IMG/VR virus record: IMGVR_UViG_3300033067_000868 | Coordinates: 1 to 35,025 of that record | Strand: one strand, 5' to 3' | DNA length: 35,025 nt | Origin: a virus | Taxonomy: Duplodnaviria; Caudoviricetes | In this document: positions 1 through 8,622 of the stretch, piece after piece | Position numbering within the stretch: the stretch's first letter is position 1 | Layout of the letters: every line of letters starts with the position of its first letter | Program-made: the position numbers and the translations under genes | The notes under the pieces: model-generated | What the model saw: only the letters and a program-made list of their open reading frames with translations | The model's database searches: none | Told to the model about the DNA's origin: nothing

Positions 1-291
1 ATGACTAAAGTAGAAGTATATGTTGATGATGCTGGTAAATTCTGGGAAACAGAGTTAGAAGCTAGAATGGCAAATGAACGCTTAAAGGATAATGCACTGA
101 AAGAGAATATTGCGTCATTACTTGGAGATGCATTTGGATGGCACATGTATTCACGAGGATATTTAGCTGATGTAAGAATGGGTGATTTGGCAGATGCAAT
201 GTTTAATAAGCCTGAAGAGTTTTTAAGAGTTCTTTGGGAGGTTACAAGATATAAATTTAATAAGAAGTTTAATGAATCGAGCATTAATTGA
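1..291 (+). CDS. Hypothetical phage protein (96 aa)
   Basis: ORF overlapping the polymerase start; no recognisable motif. Confidence 0.6.
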   Translation: MTKVEVYVDDAGKFWETELEARMANERLKDNALKENIASLLGDAFGWHMYSRGYLADVRMGDLADAMFNKPEEFLRVLWEVTRYKFNKKFNESSIN

Positions 292-2197
292 CATAGAATG
301 TTATGTAAATTATTTCTTGTTAGGTGTAAGAGATTTCAAGACTAAAGAAAGATTTAGTTTTGAAATCTCTGAATTTAAAGATCAAAGAAAAGAATTATCA
401 GATTTCTTGAGTAAGTATTCTGGATTTTGGGTGAGTTTTAATGGAATTCACTATGATAATATGGTATTGGCACATGGTCAAATTAATAAATGGTTCTTAA
501 ATGAGCCAACTGAGATTGCATGTGCTAAACTAAAATCATTTTCAGATAGAATTATTAATGCAGAAGAAGCAGATTTTGGCAAGTTTAATACCGAGAAGTA
601 TTATAAATGGAAATTCACTAATATTGACCTATATTTATATTGGTCTAAGCTCTTAAGATTGAGCAGAAAAATAAGTCTTAAGAGCTTGGGAATTCAGCTT
701 GGCTATCCAGTAGTTCAGGAACTTCCATTTGATCCTCAAATGGTATTAAATTCTGAACAAATCGTGGAGCTGAAGCATTATAACCTGGAACACGATTTAG
801 GAATTCTAGATTTATTGACAAGTGAAATGAATGATGACATTCTTTTACGTCAAACTGTCAGCAATCAATCTGGTTTAAATCTATGGTCTGCAGATGCTCC
901 AAAAATAGCATCTGAGTTGTTACTACAAGATAAATGTAAACAGACTGGTGAAAATCCTAATGATATTAGGAAGCTTAGATTTGATAAACCTCATATATCA
1001 TTTAAGAGTCTATTTAAAGACTTTAATCCTGGATTTAAGACTGAACAACTAAAAAATCTTTATACAGATCTATTAAATTCTTACAATACTTTTTCACGAG
1101 AGTTTGTAATGTTTAATATATTCGACGAAGGTATTAAAATGTCAGTTAGCATTGGGGGAATTCATTCGGTTAATAAGAATGAGCAATATTTCTCAGATGA
1201 TGATTGGGTTTTAATTGATTCAGATATTGAAAGTCTGTATCCAAGATTGATTGAATTACTTCAGGTATTTAGGTTCCCTGAAGTAAACAAAAGATATTGT
1301 GAGATTAAGCATTTACGGGTAACAGAGTCCAAGCCTAATTATAAAAAGGCTAAGTTATCTGGAGATCCTGTACAGATTCAGTATTGGAAATTACAAGATG
1401 AGTTTTATAAATTATGTCTAAATAGTACATCTGGTCTAATTGATATGGAACATTCCTGGTTATATAATCCTGAAATGATTCTTAAATTAAGATTGACTGG
1501 GCAATTAATCCTATTGAGATGTATTGAAGCAAGTCAACTTAAAGGATGGCATGTATTCAGTAGTAATACTGATGGTTTGACTGTTAGATTACCTAGGAAA
1601 GATTTAGAGCTATATAAAGAATTAATTGATGGAATAGGAACTGAGTTTCAAGTTAAGTTTGAACATGAAACATTCAAATCTATTCATTATCAAAACGTAA
1701 ATTCATATATTGCAATTACCGAATCTGGACTAGTTAAAAAGAAAGGAGATTTCTTAACTAAACCAGTGTTAAGTACATCTTGCGACAACTTAGTGATTCC
1801 TAAGTTACTTCAATGTTATTTTGAAAAAGGAATTGCACCAATAGATATTATTCGGCAGTTAGATACATTTGAATATAATTGGGATGGAAAACTATCGAAG
1901 TTACATATTTATGATTTTTGTGCTAGTCAAAAAGTAGATAAGTCATATTCTGTAGAATGGATGGGTAAGAAACAACAGCGGCTTAATCGATATTATGTAT
2001 CCAAAACCGGAGGATATTTATACAAGTGCAGAGGTGGTAAGAAATCTCACATGTTAAAAGGATATGGGGTGCAAATTTACAATAATCATTCGGACAGAAA
2101 ATTGTCAGAATATAGTATTGACTTTAAATATTATTTAAAGCATGTTCACGATATTATTTCTGACATCTCATCACATAATCAAATTTCATTATTTTAA
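272..2197 (+). CDS. polB: Family B DNA polymerase (crAss-like type) with 3'-5' exonuclease
   Basis: Exo motifs IDIECY, FNGIHYDN, YNLEHD; polymerase motifs DIESLYP (A), KLCLNSTSG (B), NTDG (C), KKKG. Confidence 0.93.
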   Translation: MNRALIDIECYVNYFLLGVRDFKTKERFSFEISEFKDQRKELSDFLSKYSGFWVSFNGIHYDNMVLAHGQINKWFLNEPTEIACAKLKSFSDRIINAEEADFGKFNTEKYYKWKFTNIDLYLYWSKLLRLSRKISLKSLGIQLGYPVVQELPFDPQMVLNSEQIVELKHYNLEHDLGILDLLTSEMNDDILLRQTVSNQSGLNLWSADAPKIASELLLQDKCKQTGENPNDIRKLRFDKPHISFKSLFKDFNPGFKTEQLKNLYTDLLNSYNTFSREFVMFNIFDEGIKMSVSIGGIHSVNKNEQYFSDDDWVLIDSDIESLYPRLIELLQVFRFPEVNKRYCEIKHLRVTESKPNYKKAKLSGDPVQIQYWKLQDEFYKLCLNSTSGLIDMEHSWLYNPEMILKLRLTGQLILLRCIEASQLKGWHVFSSNTDGLTVRLPRKDLELYKELIDGIGTEFQVKFEHETFKSIHYQNVNSYIAITESGLVKKKGDFLTKPVLSTSCDNLVIPKLLQCYFEKGIAPIDIIRQLDTFEYNWDGKLSKLHIYDFCASQKVDKSYSVEWMGKKQQRLNRYYVSKTGGYLYKCRGGKKSHMLKGYGVQIYNNHSDRKLSEYSIDFKYYLKHVHDIISDISSHNQISLF

Positions 2198-2201
2198 GAT
2201 A

Positions 2202-2364
2202 ATGAAAACATTTAATTTTAAATTAAAGGATTTGGAGTGCGTGCTTACCATATCATACTTATCATAAAATATCTAGTTATAGACAATTTAAATTGTTATT
2301 ACTAGACTTATTTATCGAACATGGAAATAATAAAATGTTTCAAAGTGAGAGAGATCTCATATGA
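2202..2364 (+). pseudogene. Broken copy of the small-protein family at 2321-2822
   Basis: MKTFNFKLKDLECVLTISYLS* (2202-2267), then in another frame SYRQFKLLLLDLFIEH (from 2275); these match the N- and C-termini of the next two ORFs, with the middle missing. Confidence 0.55.
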
Positions 2365-2554
2365 ACTTATAATTACAAAACATTACATAACTGCTTACCA
2401 TGTACATCATAATAAGTTTCTTGTAGGCTGGAATAGGAAAACTGGAAATCTATTTTTTCGTAATAAAATCTTTATTAATCTTTCTTATAGACAAGCAAAA
2501 TTAAAAATTATTGAATGCTTTATCAACAATGAAATCGAGGATAAGTTACTTTAA
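2321..2554 (+). CDS. Small hypothetical protein, tandem paralog family A
   Basis: FKVREISYELI ... LSYRQAKLKIIECFINN. Confidence 0.65.
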   Translation: MEIIKCFKVREISYELIITKHYITAYHVHHNKFLVGWNRKTGNLFFRNKIFINLSYRQAKLKIIECFINNEIEDKLL

Positions 2555-2822
2555 ATTAGGAGATATAGATTTTAAGCTAGTATCCGGACATCAAAAACAC
2601 TATTTGAGATTCTTGAATTGTGCAATAGAATATTGTAATTCACAATTATCAATATATATTTACACCGACGATCTCACAATTTGTGTTGATAAGTATCTCT
2701 CTTGGAGAGAAGCTAGAATCATCACTTTAACATACATTCTAAATAATGATTTTAAACACAACAGTGCCCAGCAATTACTTGGCGAAGGTAGTAGTACTTG
2801 GGCTTCCAAAACAGCATCCTAA
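2529..2822 (+). CDS. Small hypothetical protein, tandem paralog family A
   Basis: FKLGDIDFKLV ... LSWREARIITLTYILNN; ATG at 2529 preferred over TTG at 2511. Confidence 0.6.
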   Translation: MKSRISYFKLGDIDFKLVSGHQKHYLRFLNCAIEYCNSQLSIYIYTDDLTICVDKYLSWREARIITLTYILNNDFKHNSAQQLLGEGSSTWASKTAS

Positions 2823-4041
2823 TGCTGATAGATTGCAAATTTGGGATATTGACGGACAAGATGTAATTACAGATATGTCCAGAAAACCTGGAGATATTTG
2901 CATTTTCTTTCCTGCAGAATGTCAAATTAATCATCGCATTCTTCGCACTCTTAATTTATATTCTTCTGCAGATCTAAATCAAGATCTAATGACTACAGGA
3001 TATATATCTAGATCTCGGCGAGTAAAAGCTACAAAAATTCGAGGAGTAATTTCTGAAGGAATGTTATTATTAGCTGAAGATGTGCTTAGTGAAAATATTT
3101 CTAAAGATCTTATTGGTACAAAGTTTGATACCGTAGACGGAGTTGTAATTTGTAATAAATATATTCCAGAAGGTCAATCTGAACAGAATGATCCAAAATT
3201 TAGTAAGAATAAATCTTCTGCTAAAGTATCAAAACTAAATCAGATTGTTCCCGGACAATTTGCATTTCATTATGATACAAATAAAATCCAAGATAATCTT
3301 TGGATTTTTACTCAGGACAACAAGCCTTTATTAGAAAATCAAATTGTGATTACAGATAAATGGCACGGTACTTCTGCAGTTTTTAGTAACTTATTAGTTA
3401 AGAAGGAATTAACTTTTTTACAGAAAATTGGTAATTTTTTAGGAATGAATATTCCTACAAAAGAATATCGTAAATTATATTCTTCGAGATCTGTAATTAA
3501 ATACATCGAAGGTTTGCATAAAAATCCACATTCTGGTCACTATGATGTAGATGTTTGGGGCAAAGTATTTGAAGAAATTAAACATGTTCTTATGCCAGAA
3601 ATGAGTATTTATGGTGAAATTGTAGGATATGTTGGAGATACAAAAATGGTTCAAAAAGGATATGACTATGGTTGTAATCCAGGAGAACATAAATTTGTTG
3701 TGTATAGAATTACATCAACAGATTCATCTGGAGTAGTTACAGAGTGGTCTTGGAGTGAGATTAAAGACTTTTGCAAAGAGCATAATCTTGAAGTTGTGCC
3801 AGAGTTGTTTAGTGGTACAATTAAGGAATGGTACATTCAAAACAAAATTGATTTAGATGCATCGTTTTTGAATGCACTGAAAAGTATGTATTTAGAAAAG
3901 AAATGTAAATTCTGTAGGAGTAAAGTTCCTGCTGAAGGAATTTGCATTCGTGCAGAATCTTTCGATAAGAAAGCATACAAGCTTAAATCTAAAGCTTTTC
4001 TTTTACAGGAAACCTTGGAGTTGGATGCTGAAGCAAACTAA
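2746..4041 (+). CDS. RNA ligase (DRB0094/Rnl2-like) with N-terminal OB-type domain
   Basis: N-terminal HPNADRLQI and KIRGVISEG; nucleotidyltransferase motifs DKWHGTS, IYGEIVG, FVVYRI, EGICIR, YKLKS. Confidence 0.85.
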   Translation: MILNTTVPSNYLAKVVVLGLPKQHPNADRLQIWDIDGQDVITDMSRKPGDICIFFPAECQINHRILRTLNLYSSADLNQDLMTTGYISRSRRVKATKIRGVISEGMLLLAEDVLSENISKDLIGTKFDTVDGVVICNKYIPEGQSEQNDPKFSKNKSSAKVSKLNQIVPGQFAFHYDTNKIQDNLWIFTQDNKPLLENQIVITDKWHGTSAVFSNLLVKKELTFLQKIGNFLGMNIPTKEYRKLYSSRSVIKYIEGLHKNPHSGHYDVDVWGKVFEEIKHVLMPEMSIYGEIVGYVGDTKMVQKGYDYGCNPGEHKFVVYRITSTDSSGVVTEWSWSEIKDFCKEHNLEVVPELFSGTIKEWYIQNKIDLDASFLNALKSMYLEKKCKFCRSKVPAEGICIRAESFDKKAYKLKSKAFLLQETLELDAEAN

Positions 4042-4049
4042 TCAGCCAT

Positions 4050-4604
4050 ATGGATATAAATAAAAAATTAATCGAATACCTGGAAAGTAAAGTCTCTTTT
4101 TATAAGGAGGCTTTACTTTATTTATTGGCAAGAAGACATGATTTACCTTGTAAAATCTCAGAAGAAGCTTTTCAGTTTCTACAAGATGAAAAAATGATTA
4201 TGTTAGATTTTGCAACCAATTCCATTATTCCAACAATTGGAATATATGAAGGTGAGGAAGTAAGATTGCCAGAGATCGATCTATCCATTGAACAAGAAAT
4301 AAGAGATAGAGTTGATGAATACCGTCAATTATTTAAAGGTGTACGGACTGGAAGTATTGGAGTTAAACAGAAAGTAATTGATTTATTAATTCAGTTTTGT
4401 AGAGCTAATGCTGTATCTTTTGATGATGTTCTATTAGCTACTAGATCTTATATGTCTTATACAGATTTTGCAGTTATTTCTAATGCAGATAATTTTATTT
4501 CTAAATTGGATAAATCTGGTCAAGAAATAAGTCTGTTAAAAATGGCAATAGAAGAGCAAAGTATGGATAGTGATACATCTGAACGAACATATAAGTTGAT
4601 ATGA
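4050..4604 (+). CDS. Hypothetical protein, possibly replication-associated
   Basis: Clean 184-aa ORF upstream of the helicase; function inferred from position only. Confidence 0.6.
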   Translation: MDINKKLIEYLESKVSFYKEALLYLLARRHDLPCKISEEAFQFLQDEKMIMLDFATNSIIPTIGIYEGEEVRLPEIDLSIEQEIRDRVDEYRQLFKGVRTGSIGVKQKVIDLLIQFCRANAVSFDDVLLATRSYMSYTDFAVISNADNFISKLDKSGQEISLLKMAIEEQSMDSDTSERTYKLI

Positions 4605-4810
4605 CAAAAAAGTCAACTTACGCGAAATTCAAAGCTAGACATCAAGCATATAAAATACTAATGGAGGTAGGTATGATTAAACCTTTAGATCCAGAAGAGA
4701 CTCTATTATGTGAGATTATTCAGCATCTTAAAGTAAAAGAAGTATTTTCAAATTCTCTACTTAGAAATAGGGTTCACAAATATTTAGCAAGACATCATAT
4801 TACTAAATAA
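4601..4810 (+). CDS. Small hypothetical protein, tandem paralog family B
   Basis: ATGA overlap with the upstream gene; motif PEETLLCEII...EVFSNSLLR. Confidence 0.65.
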   Translation: MTKKSTYAKFKARHQAYKILMEVGMIKPLDPEETLLCEIIQHLKVKEVFSNSLLRNRVHKYLARHHITK

Positions 4811-5042
4811 TGTCTAAAAACCAAGATTTAAAAAACGGTTAGCTTCTTATATAACTGCAGTACAGGAGATTATCTCGTATGAGGATATGTTATCAATGTA
4901 CGGAGTTCGTGTTATAAATAGAATTTCACCAGAAGAAAAACTTTTATCTGATATTATTTCTAAAATGTCATATAGGCAAGTTTATTCTAATATTCAGCTA
5001 AGAATGATGCTGTATAATTATCTTGAATTTCGAGAACTATGA
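4810..5042 (+). pseudogene. Frameshifted family B paralog (or a 51-aa ORF from 4887)
   Basis: TAATG-coupled ATG at 4810; one extra A in the A5 run 4816-4820 would give MSKKPRFKKRLASY...PEEKLLSDII...QVYSNIQLR to TGA at 5040-5042. Confidence 0.6.
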
Positions 5043-5284
5043 CCAGAAGACAATTTAATTGGCAGGTAAAAAGATACTTAACCGCAATGGTGTTTGCCGG
5101 AAAGAGTGCAAAGTTTTTTGTTGTATTATCTCCAACTGAATGGAAATGGGTAGATCATGTTGAGAAAGATCTTCTGATTAGAGAATTATTACTTGCTTCC
5201 GATACAAAACATTTATTTTTAAATTCTGTATTTGTTAAAGAATTTAATGAAAGATATAATGAAATATTTTATGACATATTATAA
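5039..5284 (+). CDS. Small hypothetical protein, possible family B member
   Basis: ATGA coupling; EKDLLIRELL...LFLNSVF. Confidence 0.6.
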   Translation: MTRRQFNWQVKRYLTAMVFAGKSAKFFVVLSPTEWKWVDHVEKDLLIRELLLASDTKHLFLNSVFVKEFNERYNEIFYDIL

Positions 5285-5609
5285 ACTATTAGAGCTAAAA
5301 CATAGTTATTATGTTATTATGACCTCGTTGATTTGGAGGCAGCAGCATCAAAGTCCATCTCCAATGGGATTTATTGACGTACCAATTACTTCAGAAGAAC
5401 AGCTTATGTTATTTATAATTAAAGGAATTAAAGATTACGACGAATTAGCAACTAATGATGAGTTTATATTTAGATTGTGTGATATGTTAGAAGGGTTAAT
5501 TAATAAAGAATGTGCCATATTTTGTTGTACAAGCTACTCGTTAGAACAAGCAAAAAGAATAATTGATGAAGTTCATAAGTATAAAGGAGTTATTTCCAGC
5601 GCTATATAA
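5259..5609 (+). CDS. Hypothetical protein, possible family B member
   Basis: SEEQLMLFIIK...ELATNDEF; start codon uncertain. Confidence 0.55.
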   Translation: MKYFMTYYKLLELKHSYYVIMTSLIWRQQHQSPSPMGFIDVPITSEEQLMLFIIKGIKDYDELATNDEFIFRLCDMLEGLINKECAIFCCTSYSLEQAKRIIDEVHKYKGVISSAI

Positions 5610-6264
5610 CTATATTCCAGGTTGGATTAGAGGGACATATTATTGTATCACCGGTGCTACCGGATCAGGTAAATCAAAATTTGCAAGATATGCTTTTGCA
5701 GAGTGGACATACAAATATTGTAAAGCAAATAATATTCCATTTATTGTAATTTATTTTGCATTAGAAGAATCTGTTGATTTCTTTTGGTCTACTATTATCT
5801 TAGGTAAGTTAAATGAGAGAACTGGAAAATCATTTACATATTATCAGTATAAAGGTTTTCATGAAGGAATGACACCAGAGGATTATGCGGAGGTAGAATT
5901 AATCTTGCCAGAAATTGAGGATATGAAAAAGCACATTAAAGTGTATGATGATGTTAGTAATCCGACTGGTTTATTGCGTACAATTGAAGACGAATTAAAG
6001 CCATATGGAAAACTTATTAAGAGTGATCCAATAATGGATGAGCAAGGTAATGCAATTGTGCATAAGAGTTTTATGTATAATGATCCAGATTTTCACACCG
6101 TTGTAATTGCAGATCACTTAGGGTTGTTGTCTCCAGAATCTAATAAGTTTGCATTGGTTAACAGTTTACATTTAGCTATTTCTAAGTGGTCAGAATATGT
6201 TGTAAAGTTAGTTTGTAAACGATATAATTGTATTGTTGTCAATGTTCATCAGCAAGAGATGGCT
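5563..6264 (+). CDS. dnaB: DnaB-like (SF4) replicative helicase, exon 1
   Basis: Walker A GATGSGKS, FALEE, Walker B VVIADHL; ends at VHQQEMA at the intron boundary. Confidence 0.9.
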
Positions 6265-6590
6265 TAATAAATAAGGTTTAAGCATGAAGTATAAACTTCA
6301 CTAGGTCATGTAAAATCGGAAGAATTGCTGGAAGTTCCTTAGAGTTCTATAAACTACAAAGTAATCTGAAAAGATAAGCTTGAACGTTTGAAAATTATAG
6401 AAATTGGATAATCAGCAGCCGAATCCCTGAATGTTAATAAAGTATGGGAGAGGTTCAACGCATAATAGGTGAGTTATAACAAACAATAATCCTGACACGA
6501 GAATCCGACAGTTTAATAAACTGAAGATATATGCTGAACTATAGAGAAATCTATAGAGGTAAAGATAAAAAACTTTACGATAACAAGTTG
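6265..6590 (+). ncRNA. Self-splicing group I intron (IA-like, no ORF), 326 nt
   Basis: P1: exon ATGGCT pairs with GGTCAT (6304-6309), U.G wobble at the splice site. P10: TTCACT (6297-6302) with exon 2 GGTGAG. P3: TCGGA 6316/TCCGA 6504. P4: TGCTG 6326/CAGCA 6413. P7: GCATA 6460/TATGC 6530. P8: CAGTTT/AAACTG. P9: CTATAGA-GAAA-TCTATAG. Terminal G at 6590; removal restores the reading frame. Confidence 0.93.
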
Positions 6591-6911
6591 GGTGAGAATA
6601 ATGACAATTTTAAGTTAGGTAGATTAGAACCAAGTGAAGCCAAGTTAGGTGATAATAAAATTATTGGTAGAGATTATATGGTTACATTTGGTTTATTTAA
6701 TCCTGCTAAGTTTGGAATACAGCGATATATGGATTATAATATGCCAAGTTTCGGTAAACATTTTAGATCTTTATCTTTAATTAAACATAGAAATGGAGAA
6801 CCTGAAATTGTGAAGGCAATGTGGTTTGAGGGTATAGGTAATAAATTTGAAGAATTGCCACTACCAACGGATAAAGTAAATTTAGATAATTTTCTAAAAT
6901 CTAAAAAATGA
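6591..6911 (+). CDS. dnaB: DnaB-like helicase, exon 2 (spliced product about 340 aa)
   Basis: GENNDNFKLGRLEPS...LGDNKIIGRD...GLFNP...LIKHRNG (arginine-finger region). Confidence 0.88.
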   Translation, partial: GENNDNFKLGRLEPSEAKLGDNKIIGRDYMVTFGLFNPAKFGIQRYMDYNMPSFGKHFRSLSLIKHRNGEPEIVKAMWFEGIGNKFEELPLPTDKVNLDNFLKSKK

Positions 6912-7297
6912 ATGAATCAGATTTTGAGTGGCTTATGACATCTGATGAGTATGACAGCTTAAAATACTTAACTGAAAAAGAGCGACTTACTAAATTAAAT
7001 AAAATTCGTAATTATGCACGATTTTGTTTAACTAAGAATAGATATATTAATCCAAGTAGTTGGAAAGCATTCACTCCAGAGGAAAGAATGTTTATTGAAT
7101 TATATAATAAAAAACTGCAAGCTTTAGAGGTAGCAACGCGAAAAATGATGAGTGATATTATTCCAATTAAAGTCGGCTTATTTCGACATTTTTATGAGAA
7201 TGGTGAAAAAGTTGGATCTACGTTAAAAAGAAAAATTAAAAATGAAAAGAGAGCTGTCAATATTACAGAAGAAAGCATTAAGTCGTGGGCAGACTAA
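6908..7297 (+). CDS. Hypothetical protein
   Basis: 129-aa ORF overlapping the helicase end. Confidence 0.6.
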   Translation: MNESDFEWLMTSDEYDSLKYLTEKERLTKLNKIRNYARFCLTKNRYINPSSWKAFTPEERMFIELYNKKLQALEVATRKMMSDIIPIKVGLFRHFYENGEKVGSTLKRKIKNEKRAVNITEESIKSWAD

Positions 7298-7490
7298 AAG
7301 AAACTTACATGCAGCTAAATATTTTATTTATGATATTCTGCGTCAAAATACTATGTTGCCGGAAGAGAAACATAATATGGAATTAGCGTTTCAGTTTATA
7401 TCTAGCACTAGCTTAGTTTTCGATCAGAATACAGAAAAATTAGGGTTTAAAAAGAAAAAACCAATTAAAAATATATTGATTTATGAATGA
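7242..7490 (+). CDS. Hypothetical protein
   Basis: 82-aa ORF overlapping both neighbours. Confidence 0.55.
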   Translation: MKRELSILQKKALSRGQTKRNLHAAKYFIYDILRQNTMLPEEKHNMELAFQFISSTSLVFDQNTEKLGFKKKKPIKNILIYE

Positions 7491-8622
7491 ACTAAGCCTT
7501 TATGAAGATGTAGGATATACGTTAAAAAAGTTATTGCTAGATGATCCATATTATGGAATGTTCATGATGACTTTAGATAAACAAATATCTACTGACATTC
7601 CCACGATGGACGTGGGTTTGAATGGAGTAAATATTAAATTATTAATAAATCCAAATTTTTGGTTCAGTATGTCTCTTGAACATAAGAAGGGAGTATGTAA
7701 ACACGAAATGCTGCATTTATGTTATATGCACTTGTTAACCTCTGATCGGTATCCCGATAGAATTAGAGATAATATTGCCACAGATGCTGAGATTAATCAA
7801 TATATTAAACCCGAATATCTTCCAGAATTTGCAGTCTCTTTACAAAGTATTGAACAACAATTTGGAATCAAGCTTAAACCAAAAGAAGGCAGAGATGTTT
7901 ATTATAAAGCACTTGAGGGAAAGATTCCACCAGAATATTCTTGTGGAAACAGTGAACATTTCTGGGATATTGTAGAAGGATTATCTGATGCTCAGAAAGC
8001 AGTTGTTCAGAATCAAATTGATTATTTGATGGAACATATCGCTGAAGAGATTACTAAACGTAATGGTACTGTACCAGGTGAAATTCAAGGATTAATTCAA
8101 GCCCGGAAAATTCCACCGAGATTTGATTGGAAAAAACATCTAAGAAGATTTGTTGGAGCATCAAAGGAAGTTTACACAAAACCTACAAGATATAAACCTA
8201 ATCCATATTTTCCTGGAAATCCAAGCAATAAAATAAAATTGAAACAGAATATTCTATGTATTATAGATACTTCTGGATCAGTTTCTAATCTGGAACTAGA
8301 AGAGTTTATGTCTGAAATTTATAATATTTGGAGAATGGGAGATGTAGTTACAATTTTATGTGTAGATACAAAAATCTATGATCCATATGAATATAAAGGA
8401 CAACTTGAGGTACAAATTCATGGTAGAGGTGGAACATATTTTACTCCAAGCTTAGAGTATTTTAATAGTCACCCAGAATATTCATGTGGAATTTATTTTA
8501 CTGACGGTGAAGCAGAATTGCCGCCAAATGCAAACAAACCCTTCTTGTGGGTAATTAGTTCTAGAGGAACTACTCGTTATATTGATAACCACAACGGAAA
8601 AAAACTTAAAATAGAAGCATAA
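7483..8622 (+). CDS. Putative metallopeptidase fused to a vWA domain (DUF2201-like)
   Basis: HEMLH zinc motif, NIATDAEINQ; MIDAS DTSGS, GRGGT, FTDG. Confidence 0.9.
   Translation: MNELSLYEDVGYTLKKLLLDDPYYGMFMMTLDKQISTDIPTMDVGLNGVNIKLLINPNFWFSMSLEHKKGVCKHEMLHLCYMHLLTSDRYPDRIRDNIATDAEINQYIKPEYLPEFAVSLQSIEQQFGIKLKPKEGRDVYYKALEGKIPPEYSCGNSEHFWDIVEGLSDAQKAVVQNQIDYLMEHIAEEITKRNGTVPGEIQGLIQARKIPPRFDWKKHLRRFVGASKEVYTKPTRYKPNPYFPGNPSNKIKLKQNILCIIDTSGSVSNLELEEFMSEIYNIWRMGDVVTILCVDTKIYDPYEYKGQLEVQIHGRGGTYFTPSLEYFNSHPEYSCGIYFTDGEAELPPNANKPFLWVISSRGTTRYIDNHNGKKLKIEA

Noticed and set aside
272-2197. Intein or intron in the DNA polymerase
   Set aside because: Motif spacing is compact, with no splice-junction signatures
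6531-6590. ATG start for an independent 126-aa ORF
   Set aside because: The first 20 codons are intron P7/P9 sequence; the remainder is helicase exon 2
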